DNA from: Lytechinus pictus
Taxonomy: Eukaryota
Direction: 5' to 3'
Length of the DNA: 64,000 nt
NCBI RefSeq assembly: GCF_037042905.1
Contig: NC_087248.1
Span: forward strand, 25,544,001 to 25,608,000
Shown here: positions 50,765 to 61,813 of the stretch, piece by piece
Position numbering within the stretch: the first letter of the stretch is position 1
Layout: each line of letters opens with the position of its first letter
Position numbers and translations under genes: made by a program
Notes under the pieces: model-generated
What the model was told of the DNA's origin: nothing
The model's database searches: none
What the model saw: only the letters and a program-made list of their open reading frames with translations

Positions 50765-53700
50765 CTGCCAGTCACATATAATGATTTCAGTAGCTTTCCA
50801 GTGCCCCTGGTGCACTTTGAATCCCACCCCCCCCCCTGCGTTCTTTCATTCTCTCATCTTATTGCTATTATTTTTGTCTTCTTTATATTTCAAAGGAAAT
50901 AAATAGAGAATAAAGCAATTTAGAACACCGTTTATCCTCTACTCTTTCGAAAATGAAAACGTCCTTGTAGTTCTTGATCTCGGCACTCCCAAACAAAAGA
51001 AAGTCATGGCGGACGCTAAAACAAATCCCTTATAAAAAGAGCAGGGAACAAATAGCCAACGCCCTGAATAAAATGAAGATTAGTGATTTCGTCAGGATGA
51101 CCTACTGCTTTTCGTATTTAGCAGTACAAAAAGCTCTTAGGAATACTGCTTTTCATATTACGACAGTAACATTTAAACAATGTAAATGTCTACTTGTTTA
51201 TTGACAAACCATGCAGGCGCTTAAGAAATGGCAAGAACGTTTTCTTCTTGAGCATGACAGCACTTTATAAAAAAAGAAATACTTCCCCTTTTTGTATACG
51301 TTTCCTGAAGGGGAGGGGTGTGGACTCCCGCCTCCTACCAACTCCAACACCCCTGTACTGTTTTAATTGAACGATTAAAAAGAAAGAGACAAAAAATGAT
51401 ACAAATTTTTCATGATTTATTTATTAATTTTGTTTTCGATTATGAAAAAACCAGAGCGATTAAAAAATGAATAAAATGGAGGAACATAATAAAACACTTT
51501 TAATTTAGATGTTACAATTTCATTAGATGAAAATAATTTACTTTCTCTCATTGTGACGAACAGTAGTCGGTAGCATGGTTATTTTGGAGGGAAAAAGAAG
51601 ATAAGAAAAATGAAACGTAGAACGAGACGAGGAGAGCGTTGGGAGGTATGATTTCAGATCCTCTATATAATTTGAAACTTATTTACACCCTTCACTCTTT
51701 GAAATTGCAACGGAAAACATATTGAATACTGGTATGTAATCTTCAGGAACAAAATTGTTTTTTTTTAATACAAACCCTAATTTATGAAAAGATACCAAAG
51801 ACGATATTTAGTGAAACGTTGAGGCCACCGTCTTGAAGCCCCAAAAAAATCACAAAATAGTTTCGGACTTTCGTTGCGCGGCATCATCATCGCACTTGCA
51901 AGGGAAAATTCGCGCTTTTTTGTTCATTCTGGAAAATAAAGGTATATGGTATGCTGTGATTTCACCCAAAACGGATTATCGTTGTAATTATACACTTTGC
52001 AAATGATCTCTCTACAAGGAGGTAAAGAGACAATTCATGAGTAGCGGGACAATAGGCAATGAAAAAAAGCACTAGAGCAGACAACAAAGCGGTATCGATC
52101 GAACCCGACCTGTCCACGCGTGCTGATTGCCCTTACGCATTTTTGTACACAGTGCCTATTGACTTGGGGGAAAAGCGAAGCTTTTACAAAATAACACGAC
52201 TTTTTCCTCATAAATTTCTTAACTATTCTGTTGATTTGAGAAGCAAAACCTGTATTTCTAGAAAGAAAAATGTCTGATCTTTCATCTTTACATTTACTAA
52301 AAATCCTGAAAACGCAGTTTTTTTTTACAACACAGTTTACTTTTTTAACAGTAGTTGTTAAGTACTTTAAATCTTGAACGACAAATTTAATTTCGATTTG
52401 ATTTGATATCACTTTATTTAAATCACAATAAAGGAAAGAAATGTACAAAGTCAATAGAAAACATAATAAAAATTAAGATAGGCCCAGGTCATGACGCATA
52501 ACTGTCGATGCAGGGCAGCAGTATAAAACTTAGTGTAAAATTTTGATGTAACAGGTACATAACATTTATTTTAAGAAAATGAAATGTGAAATAATAATAA
52601 GACAAAGTTGGGGTAAATATAAAAAAAGAGAGAAAAAGAATTATTCATACATGCACTAAGTTTACAAATATTAGGTTGGGGCCAAGCTCCAAAGCGTAAG
52701 AAAATATCCTGAATCGTTCAATCATCCATTTAATCATAAATAAATTAAGCATGTTTGTGTCAACTGTTTAACAACTCCTGAAAATTTCATAAAGTAAATA
52801 GCGTTGTAAAGATTTGATGGGGAAAAAAGAACACGGACTGCCAAGGATACTCCAGGCAGCCACACGGACCTACACGGCAGCTACACGGACCTACACGGCA
52901 GCCACACGGACCTACACGGCAGCTACACGGACCATCCCGGATGGCTTTGCCAACCCGGCAGTCCACGGATGACGCCGGATGTTTTTGACAGTCAAAAACA
53001 TCCGACGTCATCCGTGGACTGCCGGGTTGGCATAGCCATCCGGGATGGTCCGTGTGGCTGCCGTGTAGGTCCGTGTAGCTGCCGTGTAGGTCCGTGTGGC
53101 TGCCTGGAGTATCCTTGGCAGTCCGTGTTCTTTTTTCCCATCAAATCTTTACAACGCTATTTACTTTATGAACTTTTCAGTAGTTGTTAAACAGTTGACA
53201 CAAACTTGCTTAATTTATTTTTGATTAAATGGATGATTAAATAATTCAGGATACTTTCTTACGCTTTGGAGATTGGCCCCAACCTAATATTTGTAAACTT
53301 AGTGCATGTATGAATAATTATTTTTCTCCTTTTTTTCTAATATTTACCCCAACTTTGTCTGTTATTATTACTTCACATTTAATTTTTTTATATGTTATAT
53401 GTATATGTTATGTACCTGTTACATCGAAATTGTACATTAAGTTTTATACTACTGCCCTGCATCGACAGTTATGCGTCATGACCTGGGCCTATCTTAATTT
53501 TTATTATGTTTTCTATTGACTTTGTAAATTTCTTTCCTTTGTTCTGATTTCAATAAAGTGATATCAAATCAAATCAACATTAAATTTGTCGTTCAAGATT
53601 TAAAGTAGGCCTACTTAAGAACTAGTGTTAAAACAGTAAACTGTGTTGTATTAAAATAACAGCGTTTTTACTGATTAAAGAAGTTTTGAGTTTTGATATC

Positions 53701-56700
53701 TTTTTTAAAAACAACATAATATAATGTTGCGACAAGGATGAGAAAAAAAATATCAGCTCATTATTATGAGCAGATTTTCATTTGCTGTGCTGGTCAATAT
53801 AGCTGCCGTGTTGGTCCTTGAGCTGACGTGTTGGTCCGTGTAGCTGACGTGTTGGTCCGTGTTGCTGACGTGTAGGTCCGTGTTGCTGACGTGTTGGTCC
53901 GTGTTGGTCCTTGTAGCTGACGTGTTGGTCCGTGTTGCTGACGTGTTGGTCCGTGTAGCTGACGTGTTGGTCCGTGTTGCTGACGTGTAGGTCCGTGTTG
54001 CTGACGTGTTGGTCCGTGTTGACGACGTGCTCTGCCGGCATGGTCCGTGTAGATCCGTGTGAAGATGCCGTGTAGATGCCGTGTTTACAGTCATGAACGC
54101 TCAATCCGGGGCAAAACGATCCCGGACCTCCCCGGATCATGCCGGCATTGCCGTGTTGATCCGTGAGGATCCGTGTCTATATGTGACTGGGGCTTTTAGA
54201 GCAATACGTGTGATATCTAGACGCCCAATCCGTAATAATAGTAAGATAATGAAGAAGCCAAACTACGTCATCAAACAAGGGCTTGAATAATCACTATACG
54301 CTCTATTCTCCCTTCTTCACAATGGAGGCAAGCTGGACGACATTCTTTTTTTTTTACATCAATAGCCACGTCTTAACATTACGATATAAACAGAATGATA
54401 AACTGGACTAATATTTTATCATTTTGTATAGTGTATGCATGATGATGGCTGATCAACCATGTATTAACTGAAAATGTATATGTTTCAAATTGCACAATTA
54501 ACAGATGTCAATATGGAAGGCAAAATTATATCATGAATATCAGGATAACATGATAATTCCTTGTGGTTGTACTGATTAGGGGAAATTGTTATTTACTTTT
54601 CGTTTAAAAAACAAAATGAGAAGGTGAAAAGGATACCTTTGCGGATGATGCTAAGGATGATAACGTTGAATAGAACTCTTCATGAAGTGAGGGACTGGTG
54701 AATGCTAATTTATCAACGAGATGAAGTTCCCTGAGATTAGGCATCTTACAAATGAACTGAGCGAGATCACGTGATGCAGACGGACGTTGACTGAGATCAA
54801 TGTACTCGATCTCAATACACTCTATCTGGAATAATAGTGACATAATGAAGAAACTAAAATACGTCATCGAACAAGGGATTGAATGAGCCATTTTAACTAT
54901 ACATATACCCGGATTTTAATAAGTATACTGGGAAATATTTGTTTGAGGTTGGAGTGCCATTACTATATTTACCAACTAGCAATTTTGCCATTAAAACCAA
55001 TGGTGGATAATCCCCTTTATTATTTCGAAAAAAGAGGCCTGGTATATTTATTGTATTATTTTTTGTATATCCTACTCTTGATAAATTCGATAGATCTTGG
55101 TAATGTTGTGCTTGTACTCGTAATTCACGTTTGAACTTAAGGTCATTGTACTACTACGATTAATCATGAAAAATTATCACGGTGGCAGCTGTCTTTTGCA
55201 AATTAGACGTCTTTTCATCACTTGGTTTTTCTAAATTTTTAATTTTTTAGACGTCATGAAAATGCATTATGCTGAATTAAATTGTTCTGCAATTTTTTTA
55301 CACGAGATGGTTGTTTATGACAAATTTGTTAATGTTAAGTTGATTGACCTTTACCAGCTCTCCGGGGTCAAAGGTCAAAACTTATAATGCACACCAATTA
55401 TCTTTAGAATATAAAGATGCCATACAAATCAATATTAAATAACTATTTTTGCAACAAAACCATGTCTATCGTAAAACAATGATGCAAAAAGAACAATATT
55501 TTGATATTTGGCAAGTTTGGAGTTAGTTGACTAAAAACGTCTGATATCAAGACGCTTAATCTGGAATAATAGTAAGATGATGAAGCCAAACTACGTCATC
55601 AAACAAGGGTTTGAATAACCACTACACTCTTTTCTACCTTCAGCGGAATGGAGGCGAGCTGAACGCCTTCCTTTTTTTTTTACATCAATAACCATGTCTA
55701 AACATCACGTAATAAACAAAATGAAAAACTGGACTAATATTTGCCATTTTGTATAGCCTATGGATGTTAATGGCTGTATATTCAAACTTGTATTAAAGGA
55801 GAATGAAACTCTTGGAGCAAGTTAGCTTTTGTGAAAGCAGAAAAATCAAAGAATAAGATCAACAAAAGTTTGAGTTAAATAGGACCAGCAATAGAAGAGT
55901 TATGAGCATTTGAATGTCGAGATCACTAATGCTATGGAGATCCTCCCATTGGCAATGCGACCAAGATCTATTATGTCACAGATGAACAACTCTCCCCTTT
56001 TGGACACTGAAAATATACCCCAAAACATCTCTTTTTGCTCATTTTAATCATATGACAAACGATTCATCAATGATATAATGTTGTGAAACCAAGTACTTGT
56101 CCTCTCATAAAGAGAACACCTCACCTTGTGATAGACTCCATAAAAGTGAGAATATAAGTGAAATAAGTACTAAAGTAATGAGGGAGTTGTACGTGTGTGA
56201 CATCACATATCTTAGTCGCATTGCCAATAGGAGGATCTACATGGCATTAGTGATCTCAATATTCAAATGCTCATAACTTTCTTATTATTCATTCAATCTT
56301 CCTAAAACTTTCAACAATATGTTTCTTTGATTTTTCTCTCTGATATGGATTCAGCTGGTTTCAAGGGTTTCATTCTCCTTTAATATAAAGGACAAGTCCA
56401 CCCCAACAAAAAGTTGATCTGAATAAAAAGAGAAAAATCCAACACGCACAACACTGAAAATTGAAAGTTATGACATTTTAGAGTTTCGCTTAATTTCCAC
56501 AAAACAGTTATATGCACATCCTGGTCCGTATGAAAATGAGGAGACTGATGATGTCATCCACTCACTATTTATTTTGCATTTTATTATAAGAAATATGAAA
56601 TATTTTAATTTTCTCCTCATTGCCAAGTGAAACAACAATTATTTCCTCCCTGTACATGTGGAATTAGCAGTATTTAATACTATATGCTTCAGTCAAGTTG

Positions 56701-59700
56701 GTCCTTACTGTCAAATCTGCAAAAAAATGAAATTTTGTATAATTCAAACAATATAAAACAAAAGAAATAGTGAGTGAGGGACAGCATCGTCTATTTAATT
56801 TGTACATGTATGTCACTGAGTTGTGCATATCACTGTTTCGTGAAAAATAGTAAAACTTTAAAATTTCATAACTTTTTTATTTTACATCCGATTTTGATGA
56901 AAATTTCAGTGTTATGCTAGTTTGATTTTTTTTATATTTATTCAGATCAACATTTTTTTCTGAGGTGGAATTGACCTTTAAGTAATGTATATGCTTCAAA
57001 TTGCGCAATAAGCAGATGTCAAGATGGAAAGCAAAATTAAATCATGAATATCAAAATAATATGATCATTCCTTTTGGTTGTACTGATTGTGGAAATTTTA
57101 ATTTAATTAATTTATTTATTTATTTAATAAATAAATGAAATGAAAATAAAAAGAAATATGTTTGGTCACATGATGCCCTTTAAACCAATTAGCATACAGT
57201 ATTTAATTTATGTAGGATGTAATGCACACTTTTCTATCTTTAGTGGAATGGAGAAAACTTGAAAACTTGTTTGTATGTGGACATAGCCAATGCTATAACC
57301 ATATGCATAGAGCTATATAGCTCCATGCTATAACCATTTCAACTTGTCAATTAAGTAAATGTTTCAAAAACACAATGAACAGATGTCACTATAGAAGATA
57401 CAATTAAACCGATACAAGTTCGGAAGATGCTGATCATCGCTGTAGGAGTTGATCTGTGGATAAAACAAACTATTATTGCGACGTTTCAACTACACCTGTT
57501 AGTCTTAATCAGGCAATGGGGACAGTCGCCGTTTGGTTGTTATACAGTGTACTGTTCTACTATATATTATTAGTGGGATGGTAATACATCCCCCCCCCCC
57601 CGGAAATGGGATATAGTATCATCCTCCAGGATCGACGCATTTATTTATTTGTTTAAAAAGAAGGAAGCCCATTCAACAATATGTTGGTCTGCCATGGGGC
57701 CCTGTGACAATGTACATAGCATAACATAACATTTATAACAATTCATTTACATAGTAGCATCATAAGATAGGCATACATAAATTAGTAAGTACATGTGAAG
57801 AAATCTCACAACTAAAGTTGCAAGTTAAAAGCCGTCATTTAACAATACAAGCACAATGATTTAAAATAAAAACAGATGACGTTAAATTATTAAGACGTGG
57901 ATTGTTACAATTACAATTAGCCAAAATCTGTAAAATCAAGAAAGTAAGCTGAAGTTGTGAGTCGAACAAAATAACAAAATAGATGGTCGAATGTTAATTA
58001 TGAATGTAATTTCAGTACAACTCATGGGTCAAAAGTAGCTAATGCTGAATGCTTCATCAAATGATATTTAAATGATCCAAGGCTAATTTGATATCTTATT
58101 TCAGTTGGTAGGTTGGTACGTATATAGGGAAGGGCCGTCATAGCATAAATGCGCTTTACGGTATTATGTGCGACATTTAAGGAGTACTAGGCATAATTAT
58201 GCATGTAATTATGAAACAATAAAGAAATATGTTTGAAAGTTTTCATTGTTCTTCCTTAAAACCATAGCAAAATAAAGTTAACTGTCAAAGCATATTGACA
58301 CAAAACAAGCAAACGTTGTATATGTCTTGCCGATCTTAGACCCTACACTCAATATACATATTAAGAAGAGATGTACTGTCTATCAACCTATTAATTATTA
58401 ACGGATTTTTAAAAAAATATTCTGTTAGCCAACTGCGACTCCCCGTCCCTCTTTCCCCTCCGTGTGTGTATCTCTCTCCTTCTCTATCACTCTCTTTCTT
58501 TTCTCACGTATTAAATTAGGACAATTTAAAGAGTAAGCTTTGCGGCCATGCCCGCCCCAAGACTTCAATCACCAAGATAATGAGAAAAAAAGACAAACAA
58601 GGTATTGCCATTTTCTACATTGTTTTCTCACCAATTCCAAAGTTAGCTAAGAGGGTCAATTTTTTTTTTGCTTGCTCTCTTCGATTCCTTAAGACTTTTT
58701 GTTCAATACACAATGTTTTACCCCCACAATATAGGGGGTTCATCATGCCATCGGCACGAGGCTTTTGAATTTGACAAAAGTCAGCTAATATGTGATCAAG
58801 TTGATCATTGTTTATGATATCATTCAGAATAAAACATTCTTGCTGCAGATAAAAAGGGAAAAGTAAACTACTGTAAACTGCATTTGTAGTAATTATCTGC
58901 AGTATTATCCTAACAGTAAAACAACAGTGAATACATTATATTGGATGGCTCAGTTTTTTTTTATTCTAGCCTATGGGATATACGGAGGATAACAGTCCTT
59001 TGCCCAATACGCTCTCGTATTGATGCAGACCACTGATGTAGACAAAAATGTGCATTTATAATGCATCGCTAAAACATTCTATAACAATCCATATCATCAG
59101 TATTTATTAATATTGATTACAATGATTGTTGTCAAAATCATGATCAGTTATCATTATTATTACAACTAGTACTATCATCTTTAATAAGTGTCATCATAAA
59201 ATAAAGTGGATGGCACTACCACTACTTGTATTTTGGCCATTATTGTCATTGAACATGTACAAGAATCTATAACAATTTATATATTTAAGTTTATTACAGA
59301 AAGGGCCATTAAAAGTATAACAACAAAAAGTCTTGAAATTCCAAGCTTCATATTCCTTAAAGGAAAATGAAACCTTTGGAACAAGATAGCTTGTGTGAAA
59401 ACAGAAAAACCAAAGAAACAGATCAACGAAAGTTTGAGAAAAATTGGACAAATAATAAGAAAGTTATGAGCATTTAAATATTGCAATCACTAATGCTATG
59501 GAGATCCTCAAATTGGCAATGCGATAGAGATGTGTGCTGTCACTGGTGAACAACTCTCCCTATTACTTAACTATATATTTCACTCAAATTGCCTTGTTTA
59601 TAACATCTATCAGTAGATCATGTGTTCTTTCTATAGGAGGGCATGTAATACAGATTTTTAAAGAATACATCATGGATAAAGATTTGGTATCACCACAAGA

Positions 59701-61813
59701 AAAAGCAGAAAGGGACATTTTGAGGGTATTTTATAGTCAATCAAAGGGAACGTTGTTCACATGTGACATCACACATCCTTGTTGCATTGCCTATTGGAGG
59801 ATCTCCGTAGCATTAGTGATTGCAATATTCAAATGCTCATAACTTTCTCATTATTTGTCCAATTTTGCTCAAACTTTCTTTGTTCTTATTCTTTGATATT
59901 TCTGTTTCGACACAAGCCTACTTATTCCAAAGGTCAAGGCCAAGGCTTGAAAGTCTTAGGCCAATCCTTTGAAAAAAGTATGCCTCAAGGCCAAGGCCGA
60001 TTATCAACCCAATACAACACTGGCTGAAATAAATTGATTTTTTTTTGTCAAATGATATTCCTGTTTATCATTAACCAGTGATGCTAATTATCAATATTCT
60101 AAAATGTTAATTCATTGACCTCTGCCAGCTCTTGATGGTCAATGGTTAAGACTTATGATACACGAAATCTGTCTAGAATATCAGGGTACCTTGAAAGTCA
60201 ATACCAAATAGACCTTTTTTGTACTAGAACCATTTCTATTATTATGAACAAATGATGCAAAACTTCAATTGTATGATATTTCAAGGTCGTGAACATTCAG
60301 GTCATTTACCTCTAAAGGTTAGCAGAGGTCAAATCTGAAAATTTACATCTCAATTTTGAAATGGATATTATGACGAGATATAGCAATAGTGAAAGGTTAA
60401 TGCTTAAATCATTTATTTTAAATTGCTAGGATCCGATCAGTGTTTGTACAACTACGATTAATCATAAAAGATTCTCACGATGGCAGCCATTTTAATTTTT
60501 TTTTTTTGCAAATTAGACGTCTTTCTACCACTTGGATTTTATAAACTGGTACTTTGGGGTCTTCATGGAAATGCATTGTGCTGAAATTAATTGTACTGCA
60601 ATATTCTAAAAGTTTGTTGACCTTTGCCAGCTCTCCAGGGTCAAAGGTCACAAATTATAAAACACACCAATTATCTCTAGAATGTAAAGATGCCATAACA
60701 GTCAATATTAAATAGCTATTTTTCAACAAAACCATGTTTATCGCGTTATACTGATACAAAGGCACCAATATTTTGATATTTGGATTTGGGTGACTGAGAT
60801 CAATACGTGTGGTATCAAGACGCTTAATCTGGAATAATAGTAGTAACAGATGATGAAAAAAACAAAATACGTTATCCACCACTACACTCTCTTCTACCTT
60901 CAGCGGAAGAGAGTCGAGCTGGAAGACATCCCCCCCCTTCTTATTTTTAAATCGATAGTATACAAATCATGAATGTTAATGAGTGCAATGGACAGAATAT
61001 TTCATGAGGTGAAAGATGAAATGATCCATTCAACAAGGCGTAGCCGAGTTGAATTGGTCAAAGTTCATTTCACCCTTCACCAAATGAAGTATTATGTCCG
61101 TTGCACGAATGATAATAAAGTTCATTATTTGGTTTATATGACACCTACAAATATATATTTTTTAATAATGAAATTTATGAATTTCGAGGCAAAATATGCT
61201 CGGTCTGTTGATTGTCGCGTACATACAACATGCGCGCGCGCAATGGACAAAATCGTATGGATCAAAAATTGCACGGTTGATGACGTCATTGTAAAATGGG
61301 CTGAATGATTGAAATCAAACTACCAATCAAACGACAAGGATCTATCAAAGTGTCATATAACCATCGTTTAAAATTATGTTACATACAGAATGAAAGACTG
61401 GTCATTTCGTATAATGTATGCATATTGCATAGCTGCATAATCAACCTTGTATTAAGTAGAAATGTATATACAAATTGCACATTAAACAGATGTGAATATG
61501 GACAGATAGAAGGTAAAAATAACTCATGATTATCAGAATGATATGATCATCCCTTGTGGCTGTACTAATTGGGGCAAATTGTTATTTAATTTCCGTTAAA
61601 AAAATGAGAAGGTGGAAAGGATACCTTTGCAGATGGTGCTAATGATGACAACATTGAATAGAACTCTTCATGAAGTGAGGGATGTGTGTCTCCATATCCA
61701 CCACCGAGACAAAGTTCCCTGAGATTAGGCATCTTACAAATGAATTGAGCGAGATCACGTGATGTAGACAGACGTTGACTGAGATCAATGTACTTTATCT
61801 CAAGACGCACAAT
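23892..61813 (-). CDS. NLR-type (NACHT-LRR-like) gene, 3' portion; exons 61813-61625, 54825-54637, 41980-41816, 36303-36139, 35418-35254, 32676-32512, 30823-30659, 25218-24845, 24093-23992, 23931-23892(stop)
   Basis: Repeated GT-AG, phase-0 exons encode LxxLxLxxxL..SASRDLAQFICKMxxLxxLxL...FYSTLSSxASxAK. The terminal exons splice in frame to a TGA at 23892-23894. No NACHT domain is in the window, so the NLR assignment is an inference from resemblance to echinoderm NLR LRRs. Confidence 0.75.
24845..25218 (-). CDS. C-terminal LRR exon (374 nt)
   Basis: DECNTSSTVTDLTVTD...LVKVTFTDLNIGNDQAKRIIQAFRSTHDLKNLRIL; AG/GT boundaries. Confidence 0.8.
26805..26925 (-). pseudogene. Decayed LRR pseudo-exon
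   Basis: Homologous to the 165-nt exons (ERPSALRHLAQF..HYDDFY) but with indels, a mutated acceptor and no donor. Confidence 0.7.
28877..30172 (+). mobile_element. 5'-truncated CR1/L2-group LINE (RT C-half, degenerate)
   Basis: CGVPQGSILG, YADD, KYLG and WNALP motifs; one frameshift and stops; AATAAA(ATCA)n tail. The empty site is visible in the paralogous unit at ~41320 (ttgctat^catccccc). Confidence 0.9.
30659..30823 (-). CDS. LRR exon, 165-nt class
   Basis: IETLHHSENLSERPSASRDFAQFICKSNLLEKLTLSGQYHDVFYSTSLSMASTAK. Confidence 0.85.
32512..32676 (-). CDS. LRR exon, 165-nt class
   Basis: IETLVLDEYLTKSPSVSRDLAQFICKMNNLKNLTLRGNYHDDFYSTLLSMASIAK. Confidence 0.85.
34027..34228 (+). mobile_element. 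tRNA-derived SINE
   Basis: A box TAGCTCGTCGG, B box GGTTCGATTGCC and a non-tRNA body. It is absent at the paralogous site ~43885 (cagggataaagaacg). Confidence 0.8.
35254..35418 (-). CDS. LRR exon, 165-nt class (identical to 36139-36303)
   Basis: Same sequence at an 885-bp offset. Confidence 0.85.
36139..36303 (-). CDS. LRR exon, 165-nt class
   Basis: IETLVLDEDLTESPSASRDLAQFICKMNNLKNLTLRGDYHDDFYSTLSSMASIAK. Confidence 0.85.
37560..39015. mobile_element. Non-autonomous DNA element with inverted subterminal TTGGTCTAAT/ATTAGACCAA tandem repeats
   Basis: The repeat arrays face each other, and the element is absent from the paralogous unit at ~27420-27690. Confidence 0.65.
39113..39350. repeat. 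Minisatellite (CCCACAAATGTAATAA core, ~19-25 bp units)
   Basis: About 11 tandem copies. Confidence 0.9.
40271..40830. mobile_element. MITE with 8-bp TSD (hAT-like)
   Basis: TSD CAGTACAC at 40263-40270 and 40831-40838; TIRs CCCG(G)nCACTT..GTGGATACCATGCGCGACC and its inverse. Confidence 0.9.
41816..41980 (-). CDS. LRR exon, 165-nt class
   Basis: TETLRHDGNLSERPSASRDLAQFICKMNHLKNLTLDGSYHDDFYSTLASMASIAK. Confidence 0.85.
42722..43063 (-). mobile_element. LINE 3'-UTR fragment with (CTATA)n tail
   Basis: An insertion relative to the paralogous units (ttatcacaatat^gtcaaatg), with AATAAA followed by a microsatellite tail on the minus strand. Confidence 0.6.
44075..44410 (+). mobile_element. L2-type LINE 3' fragment
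   Basis: RAFAYAAQKLWNGLPYVIRSCPSVETFKLKLKTYLVK*, followed by an AGCGC...GCGCTATATAAAT 3' end. Confidence 0.8.
44481..45211 (+). mobile_element. Helentron-associated (HINE-like) non-autonomous element with internal tandem repeats
   Basis: Starts AACAAGTGGAA; internal TGACCTTTGACC repeats; (GCC)n; 3' hairpin GTCTCGC..GCGAGAC followed by AAAAA. Confidence 0.65.
45451..46395 (+). mobile_element. Second HINE-like element of the same family
   Basis: Same termini, ~125-bp internal tandem units, (GCC)n and a TCTCAC..GTGAGAC hairpin. Confidence 0.65.
46747..46808 (-). pseudogene. 3' fragment of a disrupted 189-nt LRR exon (5' remnant at ~54197-54230)
   Basis: LHEEFYSTLSFLASSA with the donor lost; it is split from its 5' part by a repeat and the foldback. 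Confidence 0.7.
47180..54195. mobile_element. Foldback (palindromic) DNA element, possibly Harbinger-like, with a ~4.6 kb nested insertion
   Basis: TIRs AAGCCCCAGTCACATATAGACACGGATC and its inverse; 21-bp subterminal repeats ACACGGACCAACACGTCAGCA; centre of symmetry at 52990. Confidence 0.85.
47745..52300. mobile_element. Insertion at TTAA with a piggyBac-like CCC left end; non-coding, with a diverged internal duplication
   Basis: TTAA|CCCTTTGCGTGCG interrupts the left foldback arm. Region 48320-50070 resembles 50840-51860. No matching right TIR was found. Confidence 0.45.
54637..54825 (-). CDS. LRR exon, 189-nt class
   Basis: IECIEIEYIDLSQRPSASRDLAQFICKMPNLRELHLVDKLAFTSPSLHEEFYSTLSSLASSAK. 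Confidence 0.85.
55530..55560 (-). pseudogene. Truncated LRR exon 5' remnant
   Basis: TTCCAG|IKRLDI.., then a break into the same repeat seen at 46810-47165. Confidence 0.55.
55797..56379. mobile_element. Kolobok-like MITE, TTAA TSD
   Basis: TTAA|AGGAGAATGAAAC...GTTTCATTCTCCT|TTAA with long imperfect TIRs. Confidence 0.8.
56389..56977. mobile_element. Kolobok-like MITE, second family (partial relative at ~18915-19200)
   Basis: AGGACAAGTCCACC...GGTGGAATTGACCT|TTAA. Confidence 0.75.
57640..58200 (-). mobile_element. LINE 3' fragment
   Basis: Minus strand encodes NLPTEIRYQISLGSFKYHLMKH, then a UTR and a (TAAA)n tail. Confidence 0.55.
59361..59934. mobile_element. Kolobok-like MITE related to 55797-56379, right tip lost
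   Basis: TTAA|AGGAAAATGAAACC; shares TIR sequence with 55797-56379. Confidence 0.7.
60791..60828 (-). pseudogene. Truncated LRR exon 5' remnant
   Basis: TTCCAG|IKRLDTTRIDLS, then a break into the same repeat. Confidence 0.6.
61625..61813 (-). CDS. LRR exon, 189-nt class
   Basis: IVRLEIKYIDLSQRLSTSRDLAQFICKMPNLRELCLGGGYGDTHPSLHEEFYSMLSSLAPSAK; CAG/GT boundaries. Confidence 0.85.

Noticed and set aside
47745-52300. Autonomous piggyBac or Harbinger coding region
   Set aside because: There is no long ORF or transposase motif, and the right TIR was not found.
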